From the NCBI GenBank assembly GCA_963809895.1, contig CAWELD010000010.1:608001-672000 (forward strand): a stretch of 64,000 nucleotides of DNA, read 5' to 3'. Shown here piece by piece: positions 36,783 to 45,879 of the stretch. This stretch comes from an uncultured Gemmatimonadales bacterium. GTDB lineage: Bacteria; Gemmatimonadota; Gemmatimonadetes; Longimicrobiales; Gaopeijiaceae. Position 1 is the stretch's first letter. Every line of letters begins with the position of its first letter. Both the position numbers and the translations under genes were made by a program. Below the pieces are notes generated by a model. That model did not search any database, was not told where the DNA came from, and saw only the letters and a program-made list of their open reading frames with translations.

Positions 36783-37514
36783 GTGCGCGAGTTCCTGCGC
36801 GGACGCGGCGCCGATCTGCTACTCGAGGGCATCGTGGTGATCGTGAGCATCCTGGTGGCGTTCGGGCTGGATGCCTGGTGGGGGAACCGCTCGGCCCGTA
36901 TCGATCTTCTGGATGACCTCGCCAGCGTCACGAGCGAGGTCGAGGCGAACATCGAGGCCCTTCAGGTAGAGGCGCTGTTCCACTCCATGGCCGCCGCGAG
37001 CATCGATGACCTGGTGTCGAGGATCGACCTTGCTGGCGGAGCCCCGTGGCTGACCCTTCCCGATACCATTGCGAGCTTCGCCTTCGTCTTCCCCCCCGTC
37101 TTCGATGCCTCGACGGGCGCCTTGGACGCGTTGGTGGCGGACGGTAGCCTCTCCCGACTGGAAGACCGCCGCCTGAGGCAGCTTCTGGGAGACCTGAGAG
37201 CCCAGTTCGAGGACGTCCGCGACAGTGAGATGGGGGCACGTCGGGTCGCCGCCGAGGAGATCATGCCACTCTTCTGGGAGAGCCCGGACCTCGCCGCATC
37301 GCTTGGACGTAGCGGCGAGTTTCGACGCCGGGGCCTCGAGCAGACCCCGCTCCCGAGTCATGCGATCCGACTCGAGAATCCTCCTGGTCTGAAGAATCGC
37401 CTCCTCCTGAGGCGGGCGTGGGTCACCGCGTCGTCAGAAGGCGTCGCCGAACTCCTGGCTACCCTCGACGAGGCGCGGGCTTTGCTCGAACGGGAGTTGG
37501 CCGACGGATTGTGA
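36783..37514 (+). CDS. Family X (DUF6090-like) protein
   Basis: EGIVVIVSILVAFGLDAWW; DALVADGSLSRLEDRRLR. Confidence 0.8.
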   Translation: MREFLRGRGADLLLEGIVVIVSILVAFGLDAWWGNRSARIDLLDDLASVTSEVEANIEALQVEALFHSMAAASIDDLVSRIDLAGGAPWLTLPDTIASFAFVFPPVFDASTGALDALVADGSLSRLEDRRLRQLLGDLRAQFEDVRDSEMGARRVAAEEIMPLFWESPDLAASLGRSGEFRRRGLEQTPLPSHAIRLENPPGLKNRLLLRRAWVTASSEGVAELLATLDEARALLERELADGL

Positions 37515-37610
37515 CGCAGGGGGTCCTGGTAGCCTCACTCTTCTCGCGCCCGAGGCCCGAGGACCCCATGATGAGCACGCGCATCTCCAGCCATGGGAGC
37601 TCGCCGCTAG

Positions 37611-38090
37611 ATGAACGATCCATCCTCGATGGCATCCCGCGCGGGGCGGCTACTGGCTGCCCTCGGCGTGATCGCATCGATCGTGTTCGTCGGACTCGAA
37701 CTCCGGCAGAACACCGAGGCCATGCGTGCGCAGACGCGCCAGGGCCTGGCAGACCGCAACGCTGAAGTCATCTACTCCGTAGCCGAGAACCCCCAGTTGG
37801 CCCGGGCCTGGACCCTGATGTGGCAACGCGATTCGGTCGCTGCCCGGTCCTTGACGATGGTCGACTCTGTCCAGGCGCGTTGGGCGATGTGGGGCATGCT
37901 ACGGTTTGTCGAGCACGCGTACCTGCAGGTGGAAGAAGGCGTGCTTCCGGAGTCCGCCTTGAACGGATACGGCTTCCACGCCAACAATAACTTCATGACC
38001 CCGCAGTTCGCGTCGTTCTGGCGCGGCATCCGCGAACGATTCGATGCCCGATTCGTCGCCGCGCTCGAGGCGGAGTACGACCTCAATTGA
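37611..38090 (+). CDS. Family Y protein
   Basis: GVIASIVFVGLELRQNTEAMRAQT; EHAYLQVEEG. Confidence 0.78.
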   Translation: MNDPSSMASRAGRLLAALGVIASIVFVGLELRQNTEAMRAQTRQGLADRNAEVIYSVAENPQLARAWTLMWQRDSVAARSLTMVDSVQARWAMWGMLRFVEHAYLQVEEGVLPESALNGYGFHANNNFMTPQFASFWRGIRERFDARFVAALEAEYDLN

Positions 38091-38138
38091 TATTCAGGCA
38101 CTTCGTGGGCCGGGGCTGAGGAGGGACGGCTGATTCGC

Positions 38139-38883
38139 TTGGGTCTGACTGAAGGCTGTGGCATCGCCCCGAGCCGCGTGCCCGGCGAATGGCTCGAGGA
38201 ATCCGTGGCTCCGTTCACCGCGGGAGGCGTTCGCCTCTTCAACCTGATCCCTCGGGGATTCGAGCGGTACGCACGCATCCTGCATCCAGCCCTGGACGCC
38301 GAGGGATCCGTGGTGCGGTGGAGCGACGTGGCGGCGCTCACCGGTCGGTCGATGCATCCGGATGCCCAGTGGGAGGCCTTGCGCACCGGGCCACGCGGGA
38401 GCGCACCGGACAGCGTCGTCAGTCCGTGGCGGAGCCGCACCGAGGGGACGGTGCTCCGCGCGCTCAAAGAGATCCTCGCGAAGCCCGACCCGGGCACGTG
38501 CTGGATGGCGGCCTGGGCCGGACGCGCAGGTCTCGAGGAGAGCTTCGCGGCTCCGCGAATCTCCACCGGTCAACGTGACTACCTCCGTCTTCTTCGCCTC
38601 CCAGTCACGCGTGAACGACGGCATGTTTCCAACGATCCCGGAGCCCTTGCCCGGGATGTGGTGGCCTGAGGATCGCTCCTGGTGCGTGGCGAAAGACGTC
38701 GATCTGTGCTGGACGTACGTGGGTGGCTCGACCGAGACGATCGAACGGATCCTGGAGAGCCCCGACCTGGAGGCGGTCGAAGTCGGGCCCGAGCACCGTG
38801 CCGACTACCTGAGCGACCAGGTCAACGGTCCCGTCCGACCCACACGTCACCCATCCCAACAACCGAGGAGGGACCCTGTCTGA
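38139..38883 (+). pseudogene. Conserved hypothetical protein, frameshift near 38590
   Basis: PRGFERYARILHP in one frame; WWPEDRSWCVA..TYVGG in another. Confidence 0.65.
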
Positions 38884-38896
38884 CCTGAGGGCAAAG

Positions 38897-39586
38897 ATGC
38901 CTCGAACGATCACCCGCATTCTCGTGGAGTTCGCGATCATCTTCGCGGGGGTAACGCTGGGCCTCCTTGCGGACGACTGGCGGCAGGATCGCATGGACCG
39001 GGCCACCGAACGCCTGGCGCTCGAAGACCTCTCCGAGGACCTGCTGCGCGACTCGGTCCAACTGGAGCAAGTGAGACTCGTGGCGCAGGGTTGGGACCAG
39101 GCCGCGCTCTGGGCTCGCCGGGCCGATCCACGCAGCGTCACGGCGGAGCAGGCCGCGGATCATATGGCTGCTGCGTCCAGCATGACGATCTATCAGCCGG
39201 TCACGTCGTCCTACTCCAGCCTGAAGGACAGCGGTCAACTCGATCTCATCCGCGACGCGGAGTTACGCCGCCAGATCGTCGGGTATTTCGAGCAGAGGCA
39301 GCCCAGTATGGTGGGGATGTACGAGATCGCCCAGGAGCAGTTCCTCGAGTTCCAGGCGGCTCTGTGGCCCTATTTCGTGCAGTCCGTCGCGGATTCGGCG
39401 ACGTCGCTATTCCCGGGGAACGGTCTCGAGCCCCGGGATTCGTGGATCGGATTCTGGGACGACGAGCATGCTCGCCAGAGCCTCGACCAGATCGGGCAGA
39501 GCGCATCGATCTGGATCTACCTCATCCCCGGCGTGCTCCAATCGAATTCCGAGCTCCGGCGCGAAGTGGCTGCGAAACTGAGATGA
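38897..39586 (+). CDS. Family X (DUF6090-like) protein
   Basis: EFAIIFAGVTLGLLADDW; YSSLKDSGQLDLIRDAELR. Confidence 0.8.
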   Translation: MPRTITRILVEFAIIFAGVTLGLLADDWRQDRMDRATERLALEDLSEDLLRDSVQLEQVRLVAQGWDQAALWARRADPRSVTAEQAADHMAAASSMTIYQPVTSSYSSLKDSGQLDLIRDAELRRQIVGYFEQRQPSMVGMYEIAQEQFLEFQAALWPYFVQSVADSATSLFPGNGLEPRDSWIGFWDDEHARQSLDQIGQSASIWIYLIPGVLQSNSELRREVAAKLR

Positions 39587-40590
39587 AGGCCAAGCGCCTG
39601 AGCGTGGGAGACACCATCGGCGTTGCCAGCCCCTCGTGGGGTGGGCCGGCGGTCTTCCCCCACCGACTCGACAACGCCATCGCCTACCTCGAGTCTCGCG
39701 GCTTCCGGGTCCGGGTCGCCCCTCACGCGAGCGGCCAGGACGGGTTCGTCTCCGGGACCGCCGAAGAACGGGCGGCCGACCTTCACGACCTGTTCGGAGA
39801 CCCCGGGGTCAGGGCCATCATTGCGTCGATTGGGGGCGACCACTCCTGTCACCTGCTCCCCCACCTCGACTTCGACCTGATCGCCGAGAACCCGAAGGTC
39901 TTCATGGGATACTCCGATATCACGGTCCTGAACGTTGCGATATGGAAGCGCACCGGTCTCGTGACGTTCAACGGTCCTGCGATGATGACGGACTTCGCCG
40001 AGTACCCGACGCCGTTCGACTACACGATCCGGTACTTCGATCGTGCCGTCTGCTCGAGCACCCCCATCGGGCGCATCGAGCCAGCCACGCACTGGACGGA
40101 GGAGATCCTCGACTGGCGGACCCAGGCCGACCTCACCCGCGCGCGCCGGATGGTGGACACGCGGGGGTGGACCTGGTTGCGGGACGGTGCGGCGGAGGGG
40201 GAGTTGGTCGGTGGTTGCATCGAGTCACTCCAGCACCTCCGCGGCACGGACTTCTGGCCCGATTTCGAGGGTCGCATCCTCTTCCTCGAGACCTCGGAAG
40301 AGAAGCCCAGTCCCGCTCGGGTCGACGGCATTCTCATGGACTACGAGAACATGGGGGTGCTCGGCCAGATCTCGGGCCTCCTCGTGGGCCGGCCGATGCA
40401 CTACTCCGATGCGGAGAAGGCCGAGCTTCGAGAGGTCGTCCGACGCAGGATGGCCAACTACTCGTTCCCGATCGTGACCGACATGGACTTCGGCCACACG
40501 GCTCCGCAGTTCACGTTGCCCCTCGGGTGTGCAGCGCGCCTGGACTCCGGGTTGCGGACCTTCGAGGTTGTCGAGGCCGCCGTGGATTGA
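39583..40590 (+). CDS. Peptidase S66 (LD-carboxypeptidase/MccF-like)
   Basis: GYSDIT, LFLETSE, DFGHT motifs. Confidence 0.92.
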   Translation: MKAKRLSVGDTIGVASPSWGGPAVFPHRLDNAIAYLESRGFRVRVAPHASGQDGFVSGTAEERAADLHDLFGDPGVRAIIASIGGDHSCHLLPHLDFDLIAENPKVFMGYSDITVLNVAIWKRTGLVTFNGPAMMTDFAEYPTPFDYTIRYFDRAVCSSTPIGRIEPATHWTEEILDWRTQADLTRARRMVDTRGWTWLRDGAAEGELVGGCIESLQHLRGTDFWPDFEGRILFLETSEEKPSPARVDGILMDYENMGVLGQISGLLVGRPMHYSDAEKAELREVVRRRMANYSFPIVTDMDFGHTAPQFTLPLGCAARLDSGLRTFEVVEAAVD

Positions 40591-40645
40591 CGGCCCCCTG
40601 GGGCGCTTCCCAACAAGACCTGAAACCGATTGCCGGAGGTTTGTC

Positions 40646-41050
40646 ATGTCCGAGGGATTCCCCGTCGAGGGCGTGGAGGCGACGCTCCTGCTGGTGGTAT
40701 CTGATATTGCCGCAGCGCGCGATTTCTATACGAGGGTCCTGGGCGCGTCCCTCTTCCGAGAGTACGGCGGGGATTCTGCGGTGCTCGAGTTTCAGGGGAT
40801 GTGGTTGCTCCTCGTGACGCCGGGCGGTCCGACGCCCGGAAAACCGAGCGTCACGTTTGCACCGCCCGCGGATCCCGATCGCGTCGACCACCAGCTCACG
40901 CTGCGCGTGCCCGATTGCCAGGCCGCCTACGACACGCTGAGGGAGCGTGGGGCGGTTTTCCTGTCACCGCCGGTCGACCGAGGCGGAGAGATCCGAGCCT
41001 TCTTTCGCGATCCGGACGGCCACCTGCTGGAGATCAGCGAGGTCGGCTGA
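40646..41050 (+). CDS. VOC/glyoxalase family protein
   Basis: DFYTRVLG, FFRDPDGHLLEI. Confidence 0.9.
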   Translation: MSEGFPVEGVEATLLLVVSDIAAARDFYTRVLGASLFREYGGDSAVLEFQGMWLLLVTPGGPTPGKPSVTFAPPADPDRVDHQLTLRVPDCQAAYDTLRERGAVFLSPPVDRGGEIRAFFRDPDGHLLEISEVG

Positions 41051-41170
41051 GACGGCGGTCGCATGCTCGTATCCCTCGTACTCTCATCGCTGCTCGCGGC
41101 GGCCGACACCACTGCCATCCGATCGCCGTGCCGCTCACACGAAAAGTGCGGACTCCAACATCGAGGTGAC

Positions 41171-41323
41171 GTGCTCCTCGAAGCGCGTCCGACTCCACCG
41201 CCGTTCGGTCACCAGTAGGCGGAAGACGTCGGGCCCGCTCAGCGCCCAGAAGAGGTCGGCGGCTTCCGTGGCAGAGAGCTCGGGCTTCAACGCCCCCGCA
41301 TCCGACCACTGGTGGACCAGGAT
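41171..41323 (-). pseudogene. C-terminal fragment of a TetR-family regulator
   Basis: Own translation: GALKPELSATEAADLFWALSGPDVFRLLVTERRWS. Confidence 0.55.
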
Positions 41324-41352
41324 GGAGGCTGACCGATGGCGCCGCCCTTCCC

Positions 41353-42234
41353 ATGAACGAATATTCGCTGGCGCTCTTCGCCCACCTCTCCTTCATGCTC
41401 CTGGCCGTTGTCGCGGCCACGCTCACCACCTTCGCATCGATGCGTCTACGCCGCGCCGACGACGTGCGAACCGCCCTGGAGTGGTCGGGCCTCATCCAGC
41501 GGGCGGTCCGAGCATTCCCCATCGCCGTGGTGGGATTGCTGGCCACGGGCGTCTACATGACCCATGCCCACTGGGTATGGTTACCGTGGATCGACGCGGC
41601 GCTGGTCGGGCTCATCCTCATCGTGTTCCTGGGCAACGCGGTGGAAGCCCCTCGAGGCCGAGCCCTGGCCCGGGAACTGACCGCCGCAGGCCTCACGCGC
41701 CGCGCCCGGCGTCTCATGCGTGACCCCGTAGCCTGGGCCGCCAAAATAACGACGCACACCCTGGTGCTGGCGGTCGTCTGGGTGATGACCGCCAAGCCGG
41801 GAGCGGAAGGGTCGGTGGTGGCGTTGGCCGTGGCGCTGCTTGGAGGCGTCGCACTGTCTTTCCCCACGTGGCGCCGACGCGAGTCGTCGAACAGGGCCCC
41901 GGTGCTGCGGCACGGTAGATTTCGGGGAGACGCAGGATCGGCCAGGTCGGCTGAGGCTTCGTGGGACCGTTCGGTAGGGTGCTCCGCCGGCCTCGCGTAC
42001 GGCATCGGGATGACGGGCTCGCGCATGTGGCGCTCGCCGTGCATGTTCCTCGCGGAACCGGGCCCAAGAGACATTGGGACGCCGATCGGAGACTGGAGGG
42101 ACCTGCACCGTGACTCTCGAGGCGATCACCCTCGTCGCCCAGATCGCCGGCATCCTCGGAGTGATCGTCTCCTTGGCGTACCTGGCGGTCCAGGTCCGCC
42201 AGAACACCCTGAGCGTGCGCTCTGCGACCTATGA
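41353..42234 (+). CDS. DUF2269-like membrane protein (tail beyond ~41890 probably read-through)
   Basis: ALFAHL, LATGVYM, VMTAKP. Confidence 0.6.
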   Translation: MNEYSLALFAHLSFMLLAVVAATLTTFASMRLRRADDVRTALEWSGLIQRAVRAFPIAVVGLLATGVYMTHAHWVWLPWIDAALVGLILIVFLGNAVEAPRGRALARELTAAGLTRRARRLMRDPVAWAAKITTHTLVLAVVWVMTAKPGAEGSVVALAVALLGGVALSFPTWRRRESSNRAPVLRHGRFRGDAGSARSAEASWDRSVGCSAGLAYGIGMTGSRMWRSPCMFLAEPGPRDIGTPIGDWRDLHRDSRGDHPRRPDRRHPRSDRLLGVPGGPGPPEHPERALCDL

Positions 42235-42628
42235 TTCCCTTGTACGCCACAGCGGCGAATTCCTCGTCCCCCTGATCGAGGATCCGGTCCTCGCAGAGGC
42301 TTTTGAGCGAGGCGTGGGAAGCTGGTCCGCCTTGACCTCCGGGGAGCAGACTCGCGTCAACTACCTGTTCACGCAGCTCCTTCGGACCTGGGAGAACGTC
42401 TTCTATCAGCACCGGCAGGGCACCCTCGAGGAAGGGCTGTGGGTCTCGTGGCGGCACGTCATGGTGTCCTACTTTCACCAACCCGGAGTCCAGGATTGGT
42501 GGAAGAATCGAGGGGATGCGTATTCCGTCGATTTCCGCTCGTTTCTGGAAGGATCAACGCCAGTGAGCGTCGCGATTCGAACGACACAGCAGCTCAGGAG
42601 TACGGGCTCGCCAGCAACGGGGGCCTGA
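42110..42628 (+). CDS. Family Y protein
   Basis: GVIVSLAYLAVQVRQNT; WENVFYQHRQG; PGVQDWW. Confidence 0.8.
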   Translation: MTLEAITLVAQIAGILGVIVSLAYLAVQVRQNTLSVRSATYDSLVRHSGEFLVPLIEDPVLAEAFERGVGSWSALTSGEQTRVNYLFTQLLRTWENVFYQHRQGTLEEGLWVSWRHVMVSYFHQPGVQDWWKNRGDAYSVDFRSFLEGSTPVSVAIRTTQQLRSTGSPATGA

Positions 42629-42689
42629 CCTGGACTACGTAGGAAGCTCGTGACCGCGCATCCATCGACGGGAGCCGTCCGTATCGTAG

Positions 42690-43173
42690 CAAGTAGCGAT
42701 GTGCTCACGCTGCTTCGCTGAGCTCGGCGCAGGAATCGCCGGATTCAGCGGCATTGTGGTGGCCCTGGACAGCCGACCCGTGTCCCAGTGGTCCCAAACC
42801 GGCGGGCGGGCCTACGGTCGCTCCTTCAGGTGAGCGCCGTCATCGTCCTGTTCTCGCTCTTCCCATGATCCTGGGGCGGCGGATTGCCGAGCCTGGTCTA
42901 TGGTCCTGGGCCTTGATGGCGTATGGATTGGGTCACGTGGGCGACGTTCTCTCGTTCCTGCTGCATCACGACTCCCAGACCCCTCGGGCCGTGAAGATGG
43001 GGGCGCGGTTCGGGCTCGCAGTGGCACTGACCCAGTTGGTCGTGGCGTTCGTCGCTCCATCGAGTACCGCGGAGATGGTCTACCTCGGCGTCCTCACCTG
43101 GCACCTCGTCGTAGCCGCCGGCAGCTTCGCGTTCCTCCTCTACGCACACGACACCGAGCTCGCGGACCCGTGA
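42690..43173 (+). pseudogene. Frameshifted membrane protein, paralog of 45357
   Basis: AELGAGIAGFSGIVVAL versus AQVAIGLAGFSGVVAAF. Confidence 0.5.
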
Positions 43174-43236
43174 GGGCTCCGTGGTCCAGATTCAAGTCGC
43201 CTATCCCGCAGAAATCGTCGGGGTCCCGTTCCTGAC

Positions 43237-44365
43237 GAGGACTCGCGAGGAATGGTGAACGGCGAAGCGGACGGACGGAACGTCATGCCACGGGGCGGCC
43301 ATGGGGCGGGATTACTGTGCAGCGGTTGCCGCTGGCACCGTGGTTGCATGGATGGTCAGCGCCGAGCCGAACATTCACGGCGGTGGATCGGCCGACGCGT
43401 GGAGATCGTCACTTCGGGCCGCTCCGGCATGGGGAGAGACGGAAGGCTGGGACGTCGCGACCCAGCCCGAGGTCTCGATCGGCTCTCTCGACGGCGAGCG
43501 CCCGGTAGCGGCTCGGATCAAGTCGCCGGCGCGACGCGCATGCCCGATGGGAGGATCGTGCTCCTGCGCGGCCGTGAGCCAGGTCAGTCCGATACTACGA
43601 CCCGAGCAGTGGAGTATCGGGATCACGGCTGCGGAGCTGAGGGCTCGGCACAGGGACCCCGGGGACTCGCGGCCGGGCGGAGACAGCCGTCTCCTGGCCG
43701 ACAGTAATCTCGATGTCGAGAGCCGGACCTTGGAAGGTCAGCGCGCTCGATGGCTATGCCGGAGACTCGCGCCGCCAATTCACCGTGTGATGACGTATGA
43801 ACGCAAGCGTGGCATCCTTCTGGAGGGAGTGGCGTGAGGCGGCGGAGGCAGCGTGCACGGTACCACTGGATGCGGTTCGGGCCCCCTCGTGGACAGGTCG
43901 AGCGGTGTCCGACGTGGCGAGGCAAAGGCGGACCGACGGGTTGCGACGGCCACGAGGTGGATACGGTGGGCGTGGTCCACGGATTCAGCCTCGATGTGCT
44001 TCTCGGTGCCATGGGAAGTGCCGTCACTACCGGAGGAGATCGGCGAGGTGAATGTGGGTGAACGGAGAAGCGGACGGACGAGCTCATACCACGGGCCGCC
44101 ATGCGGTTGCTGTGCGTTGGTTGCCGCTGGCATCGTGCCGGTTGCGAGCGGATGGTCAGCACCGGGCCGCCACCCCACGGCGGTGGATTCGGCCGGTGTG
44201 GAGATCGTCACATCGACCGCTCCGGCATGGGGAGAGACCGCGGGGCTGGGACGTCGTGACCCAACCCGAGGTACGATCGGCTCTCTCGACGGCGAGCAGC
44301 CCGTACCTGCTCGACGACGTGGCCGGCGCGACGCGCATGCCCGATGGGAGAATCGTCCTTCTGAA
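43237..44365 (+). pseudogene. Two decayed direct-repeat copies of the 5' part of a beta-propeller lipoprotein gene
   Basis: ~330-bp similar blocks 43237-43566 and 44033-44363 encoding DSAGVEIV / PDGRIV motifs with many indels. Confidence 0.7.
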
Positions 44366-44486
44366 CGCCGGAGACGGGTGTGCGGACGGACGAATTGGGT
44401 GTGGAGTACGCTGAGGTCTACTCGCTGCGGCGAGACCGGTAACGGGGCGGAATGGACGCCCTCGCCCGACAAGGAGGGGTGAGCGG

Positions 44487-45197
44487 ATGGGTGACTACGC
44501 GAGCGCGGCAGATTTCTACGATCTCCTCTACGAAGGTGAGAAGGACTACGCCGCCGAGGCGGCGTTACTGCGCGACGAGATCTTGGCGGCATGCCCATCC
44601 GCGCGCTCCATTCTCGATGTGGGATGCGGCACGGGCGCGCACGCGCGAGCCCTGATCGATGCGGGATTCCAGGTCGACGGAATCGACCTCGAGCCGCGCT
44701 TCGTGGAGATAGCGCGCGCGAAATGCCCGGAAGGGCGATTCGAGGTGGGCGACATGACCGACTTCCACCTAGGTCGACGGTACGATGTGGTAACCAGCCT
44801 CTTTTCGGCCATCGGCTATGCCGGCACAGAGGCCAGACTGCTCGGCGCCATCCGGTGCATGGCCAGTCACCTCGACGAGTCCGCTGTCCTGATCGTGGAT
44901 CCCTGGTTCGAGCCCGGTCAGCTCACGGACGGATGGATCACGACCGTTGTGGGGAAGCGCGACGGCCTCACCGTGTGCCGAATGTCACGCACCGTCCTCG
45001 ATGGGCCGATGTCCCGCCTGGAATTCGAGTACCTCATCGGGTCGTCTGCGGGAATCGAGCGCCAGAGCGAGGTGCACGAGCTCGGCCTCTTCTCGGAAGA
45101 CCAGATGAAGCGCGCATTCGCGTCGGCCGGGCTGGAAGTCGAACGGAGGCCGGAAGCACTGCGCACCCGCGGGCTCTACGTCGGACGCGTCGCATAG
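44487..45197 (+). CDS. Class I SAM-dependent methyltransferase (TylM1-like)
   Basis: ILDVGCGTG, GDMTDF, LFSAIGY, EVHELGLF. Confidence 0.9.
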   Translation: MGDYASAADFYDLLYEGEKDYAAEAALLRDEILAACPSARSILDVGCGTGAHARALIDAGFQVDGIDLEPRFVEIARAKCPEGRFEVGDMTDFHLGRRYDVVTSLFSAIGYAGTEARLLGAIRCMASHLDESAVLIVDPWFEPGQLTDGWITTVVGKRDGLTVCRMSRTVLDGPMSRLEFEYLIGSSAGIERQSEVHELGLFSEDQMKRAFASAGLEVERRPEALRTRGLYVGRVA

Positions 45198-45204
45198 GGT
45201 CTTG

Positions 45205-45260
45205 CCGACGATCAGACTTCTCGCGTGCGAGGCGCACGCATCGCATGTTCAGGCGCACAA
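45205..45260 (+). repeat. Highly decayed family B attC core
   Basis: TCGCGTGCGAGGCGCACGCATCGCATGTTCAGGCGC resembles TCGCGCGCGAGGCGCGCGGTCGGCATCATGAGGCAC. Confidence 0.5.
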
Positions 45261-45356
45261 TCGACGTGCCGCATGGTTCGGTGGGCCTTTCGAGGAGATG
45301 GCGCAAACCCGTGATGAGACGAGGCACTGGATGCATCTGAGCCACCGGCGAGTCGC

Positions 45357-45879
45357 ATGATCGAGGGCGGAGAGGTTCTGCTCGCCATGGCGCAGGTGGC
45401 GATCGGACTCGCGGGATTCTCCGGGGTGGTCGCCGCCTTCAGTCGGACGCGGGACTTTCCGCCCGAGGATCGGGTCCGATTTCTCATGTTGGTTGGAGGC
45501 GCGTTCTTCGTCATCCTCCTGGCGTTCGTTCCGTTCCTTCTCGACCTCGGCGGCATGACGGAACGTGGGATGTGGCGATGGTCCAGCGGGATATGGATTC
45601 TCGGATTCGTCGGTCTGCACGCCCCTCCTGGCAATCGGACGCGGTGTCATCATGCGCCAAGGCCGGCCCGCGCCCGGGTGGTCGATCCTGCTGATCCTCG
45701 TGGCGGCGATGGCCGCCGCGCTCGCGCAGGTCGGCAACATCCTCGGCTGGCCGTATGCGCCGGGGCCGGTGCCGTTCCTACTCGGCCTGATGGTCGGGCT
45801 CGTCGGAAGCGGGTCGATCTTCGTGTATCTCGTGCTGATCCGACCGGAGACTGATGAATCGGTGGGCGGGGATGTCTGA
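45357..45879 (+). pseudogene. Membrane protein, frameshift near 45620
   Basis: Hydrophobic frames 45357 and 45565 join. Confidence 0.65.

Larger units (their letters stand above)
1..45260 (+). mobile_element. Integron gene-cassette array (chromosomal super-integron-like or CALIN); intact to about 18 kb, decayed distally; no intI in window
   Basis: Repeated intergenic imperfect palindromes starting RYYYAAC and ending GTTRRRY, each downstream of 1-2 genes; TA cassettes; attC-targeting IS. Confidence 0.93.

Noticed and set aside
40586..40625. TCCCAACAAG as an R'' remnant (similar sequence near 36756)
   Set aside because: No partner arm; could be chance
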